Of a stretch of 64,000 bases of DNA, positions 18,926-29,398 are shown in pieces (position 1 is the first letter of the stretch; every line of letters starts with the position of its first letter). The notes beneath the pieces were generated by a model. That model had not been told where the DNA came from and did no database searches. It saw only the letters and a program-made list of their open reading frames with translations. Source of the stretch: Terriglobia bacterium (lineage in GTDB: Bacteria; Acidobacteriota; Polarisedimenticolia; Polarisedimenticolales; JAIQFR01); NCBI GenBank assembly GCA_963748015.1, contig CAVVHE010000004.1, positions 1,024,001 to 1,088,000 of the forward strand, written 5' to 3'. The translations under genes and the position numbers were made by a program.

Positions 18926-20366
18926 CCCCGGCACCCTTCGGACAGAGGACCGCGTAGCGGCGGCCGTACTCGTTGGCCTCGGCGCGGGACACCTCGTAAC
19001 CGCCGGGCCCGAGCAGGTAGGCGAGCAGGTCGTCCTGGACGCTGAAGTCGTGCCACAGGACGCACCGGTACCCCGCGTACCGCCGGCGGAAGTCCTCGAA
19101 CTGCGAGGGGTCGAGCGGCATCCCGATGAAGCGCTTGTCCGGATAGCGCCACATGACGCTCTCCGGATGGTAGAAGGAGCTGTTGACCATGTACTCGCCG
19201 TTCTCGAGGAGAGCGGGCGGCGGCGTGACCAGCCCGATCGGGTACATCTCGAGCGGCTCGAGCCCCGAAGCCCCGGCCGCGAGCGCCAGCGCGACGAGGC
19301 CCCACGACGCGACCCGGCGCGCCGGCCCCACCACGCCGGCGACTCTCGTCGCGACGGCCGCGATCGCCGCGAAGAAGACGGGGAACAGCCCGAGCCAGAT
19401 CCGGAAGAAGTTCGACGACTTGCTGCCGTCGAGGAGCAGGAAGTAGCCGAGCGTCGAGAAACCCGCGAGCACCAGGTGCCACCGGCGGCTCGCGACGAGA
19501 CAGACCGTGCCGAGGAGCATGAAGAGGAGCGGGCCCCAGGCGATACCGGCGGGGCCCGAGACCCACTCGGGAAAAGGCACGATCTGCTCGTGCAGCCGCT
19601 TCAGCCCCTCCCGGATGGCGGGATGGAGCTGCAGGACCAGCGTCGAGACCGGGTTGAAGTCGGCCGTGCGCGTCGCGAGACCGTCCCAGGTGAAGAGGTA
19701 CGGGTAGGCCGCGATCGCGCGGTGGTTCCGGATCCATGCCGCGGCCAGCGGCAGCGCCGCGCCGGCCGCGAACGCCGCGGCCCGGCGGCGCGTCCTCACG
19801 GCGGGCAGGAACAGGAACGCGTCGAACGCCAGGTTCATCCGGGTGGCCAGCGCCGCCCCGAAGAGGAGCCCCGCCCCGCCCGCGGCGACCGCTCCCGGGA
19901 CGGCCGCGGCCAGCGCGAGGGCGGCGAGGAGCAGGAACAGGGCGAACGACTCGGGCCCGTAGTGGCAGGTGAACGCCACGAGCGGCCCGAATCCCGCCGC
20001 CACGATCGCGGCGGCGAGGGCGGTCCGGGGAGCGTCGTCGCCCCGCTCGTCCTTGCGGAGCCAGACCCACAGCGCCGCGATCGAGAGCCAGGACAGGAGA
20101 CCCGCGAGCCGCTGCGGCTCGAGACGGAGAGGCACCGACGCGCAGAGGCGATACCAGGCCTCGCCGTACCAGATGTACGGCTGGCCGTCGAAGAGGGTGA
20201 AGCCGAGGCCCGCGCGGAGGTTCCGGATCAGCTCGAGGTGGCGCCAGGGGTCGAAGATCGGGACGCCCTGCCGGACGAGAAACGCGAGCCGGACGGCGAG
20301 ACCGGCCACGAGAACGGCGCCGACGAGGGCCCCTTCCCGTTTCCACGAACCCCGCCCGACCGACAC
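18861..20366 (-). CDS. Polytopic membrane protein, probable GT-C glycosyltransferase
   Basis: PIFDPWRH loop after TM1, GPES, ATRMN, W.RN and many TM segments. GTG start with a G-rich RBS. The true stop may be at 18922 if there is a terminal frameshift. Confidence 0.62.
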   Translation of the reverse strand: MSVGRGSWKREGALVGAVLVAGLAVRLAFLVRQGVPIFDPWRHLELIRNLRAGLGFTLFDGQPYIWYGEAWYRLCASVPLRLEPQRLAGLLSWLSIAALWVWLRKDERGDDAPRTALAAAIVAAGFGPLVAFTCHYGPESFALFLLLAALALAAAVPGAVAAGGAGLLFGAALATRMNLAFDAFLFLPAVRTRRRAAAFAAGAALPLAAAWIRNHRAIAAYPYLFTWDGLATRTADFNPVSTLVLQLHPAIREGLKRLHEQIVPFPEWVSGPAGIAWGPLLFMLLGTVCLVASRRWHLVLAGFSTLGYFLLLDGSKSSNFFRIWLGLFPVFFAAIAAVATRVAGVVGPARRVASWGLVALALAAGASGLEPLEMYPIGLVTPPPALLENGEYMVNSSFYHPESVMWRYPDKRFIGMPLDPSQFEDFRRRYAGYRCVLWHDFSVQDDLLAYLLGPGGYEVSRAEANEYGRRYAVLCPKGAGASGTSTPSPPGSSVDGGSSTR

Positions 20367-20464
20367 CGCGATCCCCCCTCCCCGCCGCGATCCCGCGCGC
20401 CATCGTATCATCCGGAACGCGCGCAGATGCTACGATAGCGGGCCGATCGCGGAGGATCAGCGGC

Positions 20465-21214
20465 GTGTACAAGGGGAAGAAGGTCGTCGTGGTCATGCCG
20501 GCGTACAACGCCGCGCGGACGCTGGTGCGGACCTACGAGGAGGTCATGCAGCAGGAGTTCGTGGACCTCGTCCTGCTCGTGGACGACGCGAGCCGCGACG
20601 AGACGGTCGAGATCGCCCGGACGCTCCCGCGTACCAAGGTCCACGTCCACGAGAAGAACCGCGGCTACGGCGCGAACCAGCGGACCTGCTACCGGCTCGC
20701 CCTCGAGGAGGGCGCCGACATCGTGATCATGGTCCACCCGGACTACCAGTACACCCCGAAGCTGCTCCCTTCCCTGGTCGCGCTCATCGGGAACGGGATC
20801 TATCCCTGCGTCCTCGGCTCGCGGATTCTCGGCGGCGGGGCGCGGCGCGGGGGGATGCCTCGCTGGCGGTACGTCGCGAACCGTTTCCTGACCCTCTACT
20901 CGAACGTGCTCCTCGGCGGCAAGCTCTCCGAGTACCACTCCGGCTATCGCGGCTTCTCGCGCGAATTGCTCTCCCGGCTCCCTCTCGACGCCAACTCCGA
21001 CGATTTCGTCTTCGACAACGAGGTCCTGGCCGAGGTGCTCTGGCTGGGATACGAGATCGGGGAGGTGAGCTGCCCCACGAGCTACTTCGAGGAGGCGTCG
21101 TCGATCAATTTCGGTCGCAGCGTCCGCTACGGATTCGGCTGCCTGTACACGGGGCTCCTGTTCCGGCTCTGCCGCCTCGGGATCGCCCGCTCGCGCAGGT
21201 TTCCGCGCGCGTGA
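20465..21214 (+). CDS. GT2 glycosyltransferase, polyprenol-phosphate glycosyltransferase (DPM1/GtrB-like)
   Basis: VVMPAYN, VDDASRD, NRGYGA, HPDYQY, GSR, LSEYHSGYR, FDNEVL. Confidence 0.88.
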   Translation: MYKGKKVVVVMPAYNAARTLVRTYEEVMQQEFVDLVLLVDDASRDETVEIARTLPRTKVHVHEKNRGYGANQRTCYRLALEEGADIVIMVHPDYQYTPKLLPSLVALIGNGIYPCVLGSRILGGGARRGGMPRWRYVANRFLTLYSNVLLGGKLSEYHSGYRGFSRELLSRLPLDANSDDFVFDNEVLAEVLWLGYEIGEVSCPTSYFEEASSINFGRSVRYGFGCLYTGLLFRLCRLGIARSRRFPRA

Positions 21215-22687
21215 TCAGGGGGCTTCGCCCTCCGAGCCCGCGCCGCCGACCAGGCTGACGTCGCCGTTCGCGACGATCTTCAGGACGGGACGGCTCATCC
21301 GGCCGATGTTCCCCTGCGCCTTGGCCCCGTCGTCCACGACCGCCACCTGCGGCAGGCCGCTCGACTCGATGCGGCCGTACTTCGCCACCGCCTCGACCCG
21401 GCAGCCGCCGACCGGAGGGAACTGCACCGTCACGCCGCCGCCGTTGTTCACGATCGAGCTGTCCGCGCCGCCCGCCATGGACGACCAGGACACCTCGACC
21501 TGCCCCCCGTCCGCATCCACGTCCACCGGACCGTTCAGCTCGGACAGCCGCACGTCCCCGACGCGACTCTTGACCTTCACCGCGTTCGTGATCTGGCTCG
21601 CGGTCACGTTGCCGTGATCGGACTCGATCGTCAACGGGCCCGCGGCGTTCTCCACCTCGATCGACGCGGACGTCGTGCGGATCGTGACCTCGCCGCCGAG
21701 ATCGGACACGCGGGAGGCGATCCCGACGCCGGCCACCGTCACGGCCCCGGACACCGACTGGAGCTGGACCTCCTCCGCGCCGTTTCCCTGGACCTCGACC
21801 GAGCCCTTCACGATGGCGCCTCGCACCGCGCCTCCCGTGGCGGTGACCCGCAGCGTGCCCTCGAGCTCGCGGAACTGGGTCAACGTGTCGCTCTCGATCG
21901 CGATCGCGCCCCTCGATTTCTCGAGCTTCAGCGTCGCCCCGCTGATCGAGAGATCGCCCCCTCGCTCGAGCCCGGTCACCTCGGCCCGGCCCCCACGAAC
22001 GCGAAGCCTGCAGAATCCCGCCGCCCCGGTCACCTTGACGTCGGTGCCGTCGAAGTCGCCGTCGACGGCCTCGCGGGCATCCCTCACGTCGGCGCTCCCC
22101 TTGGCGATCCGGAGGGAGACCGCCCCCAGGGCGCCGTCCACGGTCGCGTTCAGCTCCCGCCCCCGGGCGGTGACCGTCCCCGCGCTTCGCGTCGCGACGA
22201 GCGTCCCCGAGTCGATCTCGGCGGTCAGCGACCCCTCGACCCCCGTGGCGTCCAGCCGGTTCCGCGGCCCGCTCACCAGGACCGAGCCTAGGAGGCCGCT
22301 CAGCCGGATCACCGATCCTTCCGTCCGCACGATCACGCTCATGGCGGGAGGCACCCAGACCTGGAGGACGGCCGGCACCTCCCTGGCGCCCGTCGGCGGA
22401 ACGATCCGGAACGTCGTCCCGTCGAGCCAGAGTGCGACCGGGAGCGGCGCCTGCGTGGCTCCCCCCATCTCGCTCGAGTACTGGAGCTTCCCCGCCTCGC
22501 CCGCGACGATGGTGATCTGCCCCCGGAGCCGCTCGAGCTCGAGCACCCTCTCGTCCGTGACCTCGACGCCCCCCTGGGCCTCCTCCGCGAGGAGCTTGGG
22601 CCCCTCCGCCGCGGCCGCGCCGGCGGCGAGCAGCGCGACGATCAGGCCGCACGCCGCACGCACGATCCTTCGATTCACCGCCACCAC
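21215..22687 (-). CDS. Secreted DUF4097/adhesin-like beta-strand-repeat protein (copy 1)
   Basis: Signal peptide, repeated G-x-V/L-x-V/I strands, C-terminal NGDVSL. Confidence 0.75.
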   Translation of the reverse strand: MVAVNRRIVRAACGLIVALLAAGAAAAEGPKLLAEEAQGGVEVTDERVLELERLRGQITIVAGEAGKLQYSSEMGGATQAPLPVALWLDGTTFRIVPPTGAREVPAVLQVWVPPAMSVIVRTEGSVIRLSGLLGSVLVSGPRNRLDATGVEGSLTAEIDSGTLVATRSAGTVTARGRELNATVDGALGAVSLRIAKGSADVRDAREAVDGDFDGTDVKVTGAAGFCRLRVRGGRAEVTGLERGGDLSISGATLKLEKSRGAIAIESDTLTQFRELEGTLRVTATGGAVRGAIVKGSVEVQGNGAEEVQLQSVSGAVTVAGVGIASRVSDLGGEVTIRTTSASIEVENAAGPLTIESDHGNVTASQITNAVKVKSRVGDVRLSELNGPVDVDADGGQVEVSWSSMAGGADSSIVNNGGGVTVQFPPVGGCRVEAVAKYGRIESSGLPQVAVVDDGAKAQGNIGRMSRPVLKIVANGDVSLVGGAGSEGEAP

Positions 22688-23391
22688 GACGCCTCCTCGC
22701 CCTTCGCGAATCTCTCGAGCGCGTCCCGCGCGGCCGCCTGCTCCGCCTGCTTCCGGCTCGCGCCCCGGCCGGTTCCCAGCACCCGTCCCTCGAGGGCCAC
22801 CTCGGCCTCGAACTCCCTCGCGTGCGCCGGCCCCGAGGTTCCGGTCACGGCGTAGCGCGGCGTCTGGTGCACTCGCGCCTGGATCAGCTCCTGCAGGCGC
22901 GTCTTGTAGTCCTCCGCCGCCTCGTCGCTCCCGAGCGCCTCGCGGAGAACTCCCCCGAGGTGACGGGTCACGAAGGACCGCGCCACGCGGAGCCCGCCGT
23001 CGATGTAGACCGCGCCGAGCACCCCCTCGAAAGCGTCGGCGAGGAGGGAGACCTTGTCCCGCCCCCCGGTGCTCTCCTCGCCCCGGCCGAGATGGAGGGC
23101 CTCGCCGAGACCGATCCGGCGCGCCGCCTCCGCCAGCGCCTCGGTGCGGACCACCGACTGCTTCCGCCGCGTCAGCACCCCCTCGTCGGCCTCCGCGTCC
23201 CGGCGGAAGAGCCAGTCGCCGACCACGAATCCCAGGAGCGAGTCGCCGAGGAACTCCAGCCGCTCCCAGTCGCCGCCCTGCCCGCCCCCGCGCTCGTAGG
23301 CGCGCGACCGGTGGGTCAGCGCGCGGACCAGCAGGGCGGGGTCCTTGAAGCGGTAGCCGAGGCGGGTCTCGATGTCCGCCCGGTCCGGCAT
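22675..23391 (-). CDS. rnc: Ribonuclease III
   Basis: ALTHRS, ERLEFLGDSLLG, LADAFEGVLGAVYIDGG, and dsRBD DYKTRLQE...GASRKQAEQAAA. Confidence 0.96.
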   Translation of the reverse strand: MPDRADIETRLGYRFKDPALLVRALTHRSRAYERGGGQGGDWERLEFLGDSLLGFVVGDWLFRRDAEADEGVLTRRKQSVVRTEALAEAARRIGLGEALHLGRGEESTGGRDKVSLLADAFEGVLGAVYIDGGLRVARSFVTRHLGGVLREALGSDEAAEDYKTRLQELIQARVHQTPRYAVTGTSGPAHAREFEAEVALEGRVLGTGRGASRKQAEQAAARDALERFAKGEEASWWR

Positions 23392-23408
23392 TCCCACCGC
23401 GTCCTCGG

Positions 23409-23945
23409 TCAAGGGGCCGTCCTCGAGGGGGGAGCTTCCTTCACCTCGTCCGACACCTTGGTGAACTCGCGGCGCGGCCGCGCGTCCGCCTCGAATCGCT
23501 GCCCGCCGCGCTCCAGCGTGTAGGCCGAGAGGGTCAATCCTCCCGGCTCCACCACCAGCTCGTCCACGTAGCGGATCGGAGCGTTCGACGAGGCGAGAGG
23601 GGTCCCGGAGCACTCCACGCGCAGGTGTCCCGTGCCGGGATCGACGGCGGTGCGGAAGACGAGGTCGTAGGTCTTCGCCCCGTCCTGGATCGACTCGCCG
23701 CGCCCGTCCCACCCCGAGCGCATCGCGTAGGTCCCGTCGGACGACCGGACCGAGATCCGCGCCCGCCAGTCGTCTCCCTCCCGCACGATCGAGAGGGTCG
23801 AGCGGATCCGATCGTTCCCCTGCCCCCAGGTCCCCGCATAGCCGGTATCGCTCGCGGCGGGCTTGCGGGCGCAGCCTCCCGCGTGCGCCGCCAGGAGGAT
23901 GGCGGTGACGAGGAGGGCCGCGCTGCGTCGCGTCGTTCTCGGCAT
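23409..23945 (-). CDS. Hypothetical lipoprotein (copy 1)
   Basis: Signal peptide with a lipobox-like AGGC. SDTGYAGTW...YVDELVVEPGG is shared with 27083-27598. Confidence 0.75.
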   Translation of the reverse strand: MPRTTRRSAALLVTAILLAAHAGGCARKPAASDTGYAGTWGQGNDRIRSTLSIVREGDDWRARISVRSSDGTYAMRSGWDGRGESIQDGAKTYDLVFRTAVDPGTGHLRVECSGTPLASSNAPIRYVDELVVEPGGLTLSAYTLERGGQRFEADARPRREFTKVSDEVKEAPPSRTAP

Positions 23946-24021
23946 GACGTTCCAGGGGATTTTACACTCTGGGCGCGCGGCCGGCCGCAGGACGGAGCTC
24001 CCGGACTAAACTACCCCTCGC

Positions 24022-25617
24022 ATGAGATCCCCGGGCGCATCCAGGAGCCTCCTCGTCACGATCGCCGCCGCGGCGGCGATCGCCGTCTACGCCAACTCGC
24101 TCCCGAACGGATTCGCCCTCGACGACCCGGCGGTCGTCGCGGGGAACCCGCTCGTCACGGGGCAGTCCTTCGCCGCGATCTTCTCGGCGCCGTACCACCA
24201 CGGCCCGGCGCAAACGACGCCGACCGGCCTCTATCGCCCCGTCACCACCCTGAGCTTCGCGCTGAACCACGCGCTCGGGGACCTTCGACCGGCCGGCTAC
24301 CACGCCGTCAACGTCGTTCTGCACGCCCTCGTCTCGGCCCTGGTTCTCCTCCTGGGGCTCGAGCTCGGCCTCGCCCCGGCCGCGGCCCTCGCGGGCGCGC
24401 TGCTGTTCGCGGTCCATCCCGTCCACTCCGAGGCGGTCGCCAACGTGTCGGGGCGCGCGGAGCTTCTCGCGGCGGCGTTCTTCCTCGGAGCGCTCCTCGT
24501 CTTCGCTCGCGGCCGCGAGGAGGGCGGCCGCCTGCGAGGAAGCTCCCTCGCCTGCGCGGCGGCGCTCTCGCTCCTCGCGATGCTCTCCAAGGAGCACGCG
24601 GTGACCTTCGTGGGCGTGGCGGCCGCTTGGGAGCTCCTGGTGCGGCGCGAGCCGGGCGTCTCGCTTCCGGCGTTCCTCCGCGCCCGGAGACCCGAGTTGC
24701 TCCGCACCTTCTCTGTCTTGCTGCTGCCGGTGCTCGCCTTCCTCGCGGCGAGAGGGGCGGTGACGGGGACGCTCCTCCTGCCGCCGGGCGCCGTCACCCC
24801 GATCGAGAACCCCGCCGCGGGGCTCCCGCTCCTCGAGCGCTGGGCCCTGGCACTCGCCGCCGCGGGACGCTACGCCCGCCTTCTCGTCTTCCCTCGAACC
24901 CTGTCCCCCGACTACTCCTTCGCGGAGATCGTGCCGGTCCGCTCCCTCCTCGACCCGTGGCTGCTCGCGGGAGCGGCCTCCGCGATCGCTTTCGCGGTCG
25001 CGCTCGTCGCCGCCATGCGCCGCTCGCGGCCCGCCGCGATGCTGCTCCTCCTCGCGCTGCTCGCCTTCTCGGTCGTGTCGAACTTCCCGTTCACGATCGG
25101 GACGATCCTGGCCGAGCGGCTGCTCTACCTCCCGTCCGTGGGGTTGTGCCTTCTCGCCGGCACGGCGTGGCCGCTCGCGGCGCGGCGCACGGGGCGACGG
25201 ACCGCGGGCGCGCTCGCCGCGATCGTCCTGCTCGCGGCGTCCGCCCGGACGGTCGCCGCGAACATGGCCTGGCACGACGACTTCGCGCTCTACTCCAACG
25301 CGATCTCCGCGGCGCCCCGCAGCGTGCGGGTGCTCGGGAACCTCGCCGTGGAGCTCGCCACGAGAGGGCGACTCGACGAGGCGGCGTCTCTCCTCCAGCG
25401 CGCCGTCGCGCTCGCCCCCGACTTCGCTCCGAACCGGATCAACCTCGCCGGCGTCTTGTTGAAGCAAGGCCGTCCCGACGCCGCCGAGGTCGAGGTCCGC
25501 CACGTGCTCGACCGCGACCCCGGCAACGCCATCGCCCTCGCCCAGCTCGGCGCGATCCGCGCCCGGCGCGGCGCCGCCGCCGGCGCGCGCGAGGCCCTCC
25601 CGCGCCTGCCTCGCTAG
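24022..25617 (+). CDS. TMTC-like GT-C glycosyltransferase with TPRs (copy 3)
   Basis: FALDD, LYRP, HAVNVVLH, LFAVHPVHSEAV...GRAE, SKE, AERLLYLP, TPR. Confidence 0.85.
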   Translation: MRSPGASRSLLVTIAAAAAIAVYANSLPNGFALDDPAVVAGNPLVTGQSFAAIFSAPYHHGPAQTTPTGLYRPVTTLSFALNHALGDLRPAGYHAVNVVLHALVSALVLLLGLELGLAPAAALAGALLFAVHPVHSEAVANVSGRAELLAAAFFLGALLVFARGREEGGRLRGSSLACAAALSLLAMLSKEHAVTFVGVAAAWELLVRREPGVSLPAFLRARRPELLRTFSVLLLPVLAFLAARGAVTGTLLLPPGAVTPIENPAAGLPLLERWALALAAAGRYARLLVFPRTLSPDYSFAEIVPVRSLLDPWLLAGAASAIAFAVALVAAMRRSRPAAMLLLLALLAFSVVSNFPFTIGTILAERLLYLPSVGLCLLAGTAWPLAARRTGRRTAGALAAIVLLAASARTVAANMAWHDDFALYSNAISAAPRSVRVLGNLAVELATRGRLDEAASLLQRAVALAPDFAPNRINLAGVLLKQGRPDAAEVEVRHVLDRDPGNAIALAQLGAIRARRGAAAGAREALPRLPR

Positions 25618-27086
25618 CGCGGAAGCGGGGGGGTGGCGGCGGGCCTGGAACGCCGGGGCGGCGGCTTGAGCGCTAGAAGTCGGACGTCGCCGTTGGCGAC
25701 GAAGCGGATGATCGCCGAGGCGCCCTTGCCGACGTCTCCCGCCGAGGACTTCCCCGTGTCGTCGGCTTCCACGCCGGGCACCTCGCTGTCCACGCGGCCG
25801 AAGGTGGTCCTCGCCTCGATGCGGCAGGCGCCGGTCGAGGGAAGGGTCGCGACGATCCCGCCCCCTTCGTTCCGGACGAGGCTCTCCCCCTGCCGAGGGA
25901 ACGCGGACCAGGCGACCCGGGCCTCCTGCCCCTCGGCCTCGAGCTGCAGGGTGCCGGAGAGGCCCTCGAGGCGAACGACGCTCTTCTTCCCGCTGACGTC
26001 GAGGGGTCCGGAAGCGCGGAGCACCGTGATGCTCCCCGAATCGTTGTCGAGCATCAGCGGACCGGACGCGTCCTCGATCGTGATGTCCGACCCTCCCGAG
26101 TAGATCTCGGTCTCCCCCCGCACCCCCTTGAGCCGCAGGGTCAGCCCGTCCCCCTGGAAGCGCATCGGACCGTTGACTCCGGCGATCTCCACCGTGGGCC
26201 CCTCGCTTCGCACCTCGAGGAGGTCCCCCGCTCCCGAGCCGGTGACGGCGCCGCCGTAGCTGTCCACGTGGAGCGGCCCCCGCAGGTCGGCGAACTTCAG
26301 CTCCGCGTCGGTCGTGACCTCGACGTCTCCGGCGTTCCCGCGGATCTCCGCGGGGGTCCGCTTGAGGCCCAGGATGCTCTCGCCGCCCAGCTCTCCGGCG
26401 AAGACGGTTCCCCCGCTCGCCCGGATCGTCGCCGGCCCCCGCACCCCATCGCAGCGGAACGCCACGGCGCCGAGCGTGGCGGTCATGCGCCCTCTCACGT
26501 CCTCGATCGAAGCACTCCCGCCGGTCAGATCGAGGGACGCCGGCCCCGTCCCGGAGAGCTTCAGGCCGAGGTCCGTTCCGTGCACGGCCACGTCCCCCGA
26601 AACCGCGCTGGCGTCCACCGCGCCGTCGTGAAGATCGAGGGTCAACGAGCCCTCGATCCCGCGTCCCGACACCGCGACGCGGCTCCCACGGATCTCGACG
26701 TCGTGGGGGACGTCCCGGAACCTCACGGTGGTGTCGGAGACCTCGAGCAGCACCGACACCCCCTCGGGAACGGCGATCTGCAGGAACCGCGGCGCCGGGG
26801 CCGTCCCCGGGACGGCTTCGAGCACGAACGAGTTTCCATCGAGCGACAGCGCGATGGGCACGGGGGTCTGTTTCCCGCCCTGAGCCATGCTCGCGTAGCG
26901 GAGCTCGCCGGGAGAGCCGGCGCCGAGGTAGATCTCTCCCTCGAGGCCCCGCACGACGAGGCGCGTCTCCCCGGTCACGGGCACGATGCCGGCGGGCTCG
27001 GTCGAGAGGGCCTCCCCGCCTTCGGCGCGCGCGAGGACAGCGAGCGAAAAGGCCATCGCCCACGCGGTGGAGCGGAAGCCCGTCAT
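25614..27086 (-). CDS. Secreted DUF4097/adhesin-like beta-strand-repeat protein (copy 2)
   Basis: Same length (490 aa) and motifs as copy 1 (GELRYAS, GACRIEA, ANGDVRL). Confidence 0.75.
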   Translation of the reverse strand: MTGFRSTAWAMAFSLAVLARAEGGEALSTEPAGIVPVTGETRLVVRGLEGEIYLGAGSPGELRYASMAQGGKQTPVPIALSLDGNSFVLEAVPGTAPAPRFLQIAVPEGVSVLLEVSDTTVRFRDVPHDVEIRGSRVAVSGRGIEGSLTLDLHDGAVDASAVSGDVAVHGTDLGLKLSGTGPASLDLTGGSASIEDVRGRMTATLGAVAFRCDGVRGPATIRASGGTVFAGELGGESILGLKRTPAEIRGNAGDVEVTTDAELKFADLRGPLHVDSYGGAVTGSGAGDLLEVRSEGPTVEIAGVNGPMRFQGDGLTLRLKGVRGETEIYSGGSDITIEDASGPLMLDNDSGSITVLRASGPLDVSGKKSVVRLEGLSGTLQLEAEGQEARVAWSAFPRQGESLVRNEGGGIVATLPSTGACRIEARTTFGRVDSEVPGVEADDTGKSSAGDVGKGASAIIRFVANGDVRLLALKPPPRRSRPAATPPLPR

Positions 27087-27598
27087 CGGGCCCCGACCGC
27101 CGGAACGCCCGCGACCGCGTCCGCCACCTTCTCGAACGAACGCGTCGGCCGTCCGTCCCGCTCGAATTTCTGCCCGTCCCGCTCGTTCGTGTACGACCAG
27201 AGGAGCTTACCTCCCGGCTCGACCACCAGCTCGTCCACGTAGTGGATGTCGAGCTTCTCCGGCTCGAGCCGCCGCTCGCGGCATTCGACCAGCAGGCGAC
27301 CGGTGGCCGGATCCGTCCTCGTCGAGAACTCGTAGGTCGCCATGAGCTTGCCGAGGAGCTTCTCCTCGCACCGCCCGTCCCAGCCGCACGTGACGTCGAG
27401 CGAGTGCTCGTAGGAGTGCTTCGACCAGCGGAAGAGATGGCGATCGCCGGCTCTCGCGATCGCGACGATCGAGACGCCGCGGTCGTTTCCCTTCGCCCAG
27501 GTGCCGGTGTAGCCGGTGTCGCTGACCTTCGGCCGCACGCTGCAGGCCGGCCACGACAGGATGCAGACGATGATCGCGAACCATGACAGCCTCTTCAC
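27083..27598 (-). CDS. Hypothetical lipoprotein (copy 2)
   Basis: Signal peptide ending WPAC. SDTGYTGTW...YVDELVVEPGG. GGAGG RBS. Confidence 0.75.
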   Translation of the reverse strand: MKRLSWFAIIVCILSWPACSVRPKVSDTGYTGTWAKGNDRGVSIVAIARAGDRHLFRWSKHSYEHSLDVTCGWDGRCEEKLLGKLMATYEFSTRTDPATGRLLVECRERRLEPEKLDIHYVDELVVEPGGKLLWSYTNERDGQKFERDGRPTRSFEKVADAVAGVPAVGAR

Positions 27599-27608
27599 GT
27601 CCCCCTCC

Positions 27609-29382
27609 TCAACGGATTCCGATCTCGCGGAGAAGTCCCGCGTCGAGCGCGATCCCGGCCTCCGCGGCGTCCCGCGCCGCCTTCCTGGCCTCCTCGAGAT
27701 CGCCCGCGCTCGCGAGCGCGATCACGAGATTCGTCCGGCACGCGGCGTGCGTCGGGTGCGCGGAGAGCGCCCGCCGGAGGATCGGCACCGCCTCGAGCGC
27801 CGCCCCGCGACGGATCAGCAGCGCGGCCAGGTTTCCGGCGGCCTCCGCGCTCGCGGCATCGAGAGCGAGCGCTTCGCGATAGGCGACCTCCGCGTCCGCG
27901 GCGCGCCCGGCCGCCTCGAGGACCGCCCCGAGATCGAACCGCGCCGTCGCCGAGGAAGGATCAAGCTCCGACGCCCGCCGGGCGTCCCGCTCCGCGGCCC
28001 CGAGATCGCCCGCCTGCCGGTACGCCACCGCGCGGTTCGCGAGCGCTCCCGCGAGCTCGACGCGCGTGAGGTCCGCGGACGGGACGGCGAGCGATCCCGC
28101 CAGGAGCGCCGCGCAGGCCCCCCCCGCCCACGCGCGCCGCCGGGCCCGGACCTCGAGGGCGCCGGCCAGCGCGGCCAGGCCGCACCCCGCCGGGACGCAC
28201 AGCAGCACGGAGGCGGGGAGCCGGTAGCGGCTCGACGCATAGAACAGGACCGGTGTCGCCGCGCAGGCGAGGATCGCGCTCCAGACGATCCCGCCCCCGC
28301 TTCCGCGGAAGCCGAGAGCGACGAGTCCGGCGGCGGCAAGTCCCGCGATCAGCGCGAACGGCACCGGGGCCGCCCGCCTCCACGGGTTCTCGTCGAGGGC
28401 CGGGGCGTAGTCGAGGCCGTGCTCGGCGTTGTCGAGGAAGAGGAGCGCGCGTCTCGCGACGAGCCGCGCCGTCCCTGCCGGGTCGGAGAGCCGCGCGCGG
28501 ATCGCTTCCCGTCCCCACCACCCGTCGGCCTCCACCGGATCGAGCGCGGCGTCCGGCCCGCGCGGACGCGATCTCGGTCGCTTCCCGGCGCTGCGTCGCG
28601 ACGGCGCCCGTGAAGCCCGCCGGGAGGGTGAAGCCCCCCTCCGCCCCCGGCCCGTTGCCGTGGTACAGCGTCATCCCGGAATTCGAAGAGACCGCGACGA
28701 CGTGGCCCGAGACGGCGAGGTTCCGAACGGCCACCGGGAGGACCACGATCGCCGTCCCGGCCGCCAGGAGGGTCGCGACCCGCGCCCGTTTCCGGATGGC
28801 CTCCAGGAGCGCCCAGAGGGCCGCCACGAGCAGGAGGTTGGGACGCAGGAGGGACGCCACCCCCGCCCCGGCGCCCGCACCCATGGCACCGACGGCCAGC
28901 CTCTTGGAAGAAGAATTATAAGTAGTCGCGACCCAGGCCGAGGCCGCCAGGATCAGGAGCGCCGCCGGCTCGCCCAGCGGCCTCGAGGCGAAGAACAGCG
29001 CGGGGTGGTAGAGAAGAACGAGGGCCGCGGCGGCGAGACCCGCGACCTCCCCGGCCGACCTTCGCGCCACGAGGGCCAGCAGGCCTGCCGCCCCCACGAC
29101 CGCCAGCTGCTGCAAGAGGTAGAGCAGCCCGAACCGTTCGCCGAAGGCCGCCAGGAACCCCGCGAGAAGCCACGGGTAGCCCGGGGCGAGGTAGTACGCC
29201 CCCGGCGGGCCTCCCCTGCCCGCAACCAGGTCCCGCGCCCACTCGAGGTAGTACGCCCCGTCGAGCATCGGCCTCGCGAACGCGGGGTCGGTGGCGGGCT
29301 GGGCCAGCACGTAGGCGGCGCGCGCGACGGCCCCCGCGGCGAGGAGCGCACCGAGCGCCACGGCGAACGTCCTGCGGGTCAC
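27609..29382 (-). CDS. GT-C (family 39-like) glycosyltransferase with C-terminal TPRs; frameshift near 28550
   Basis: LDGAYY, APGYP, LRPN, VRN...GNGPGA (ORF 27961-29382) continues as ...SRYRLP plus TPRs (ORF 27609-28535). Confidence 0.78.
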
Positions 29383-29398
29383 GCGGGCGCCCTCGGCC

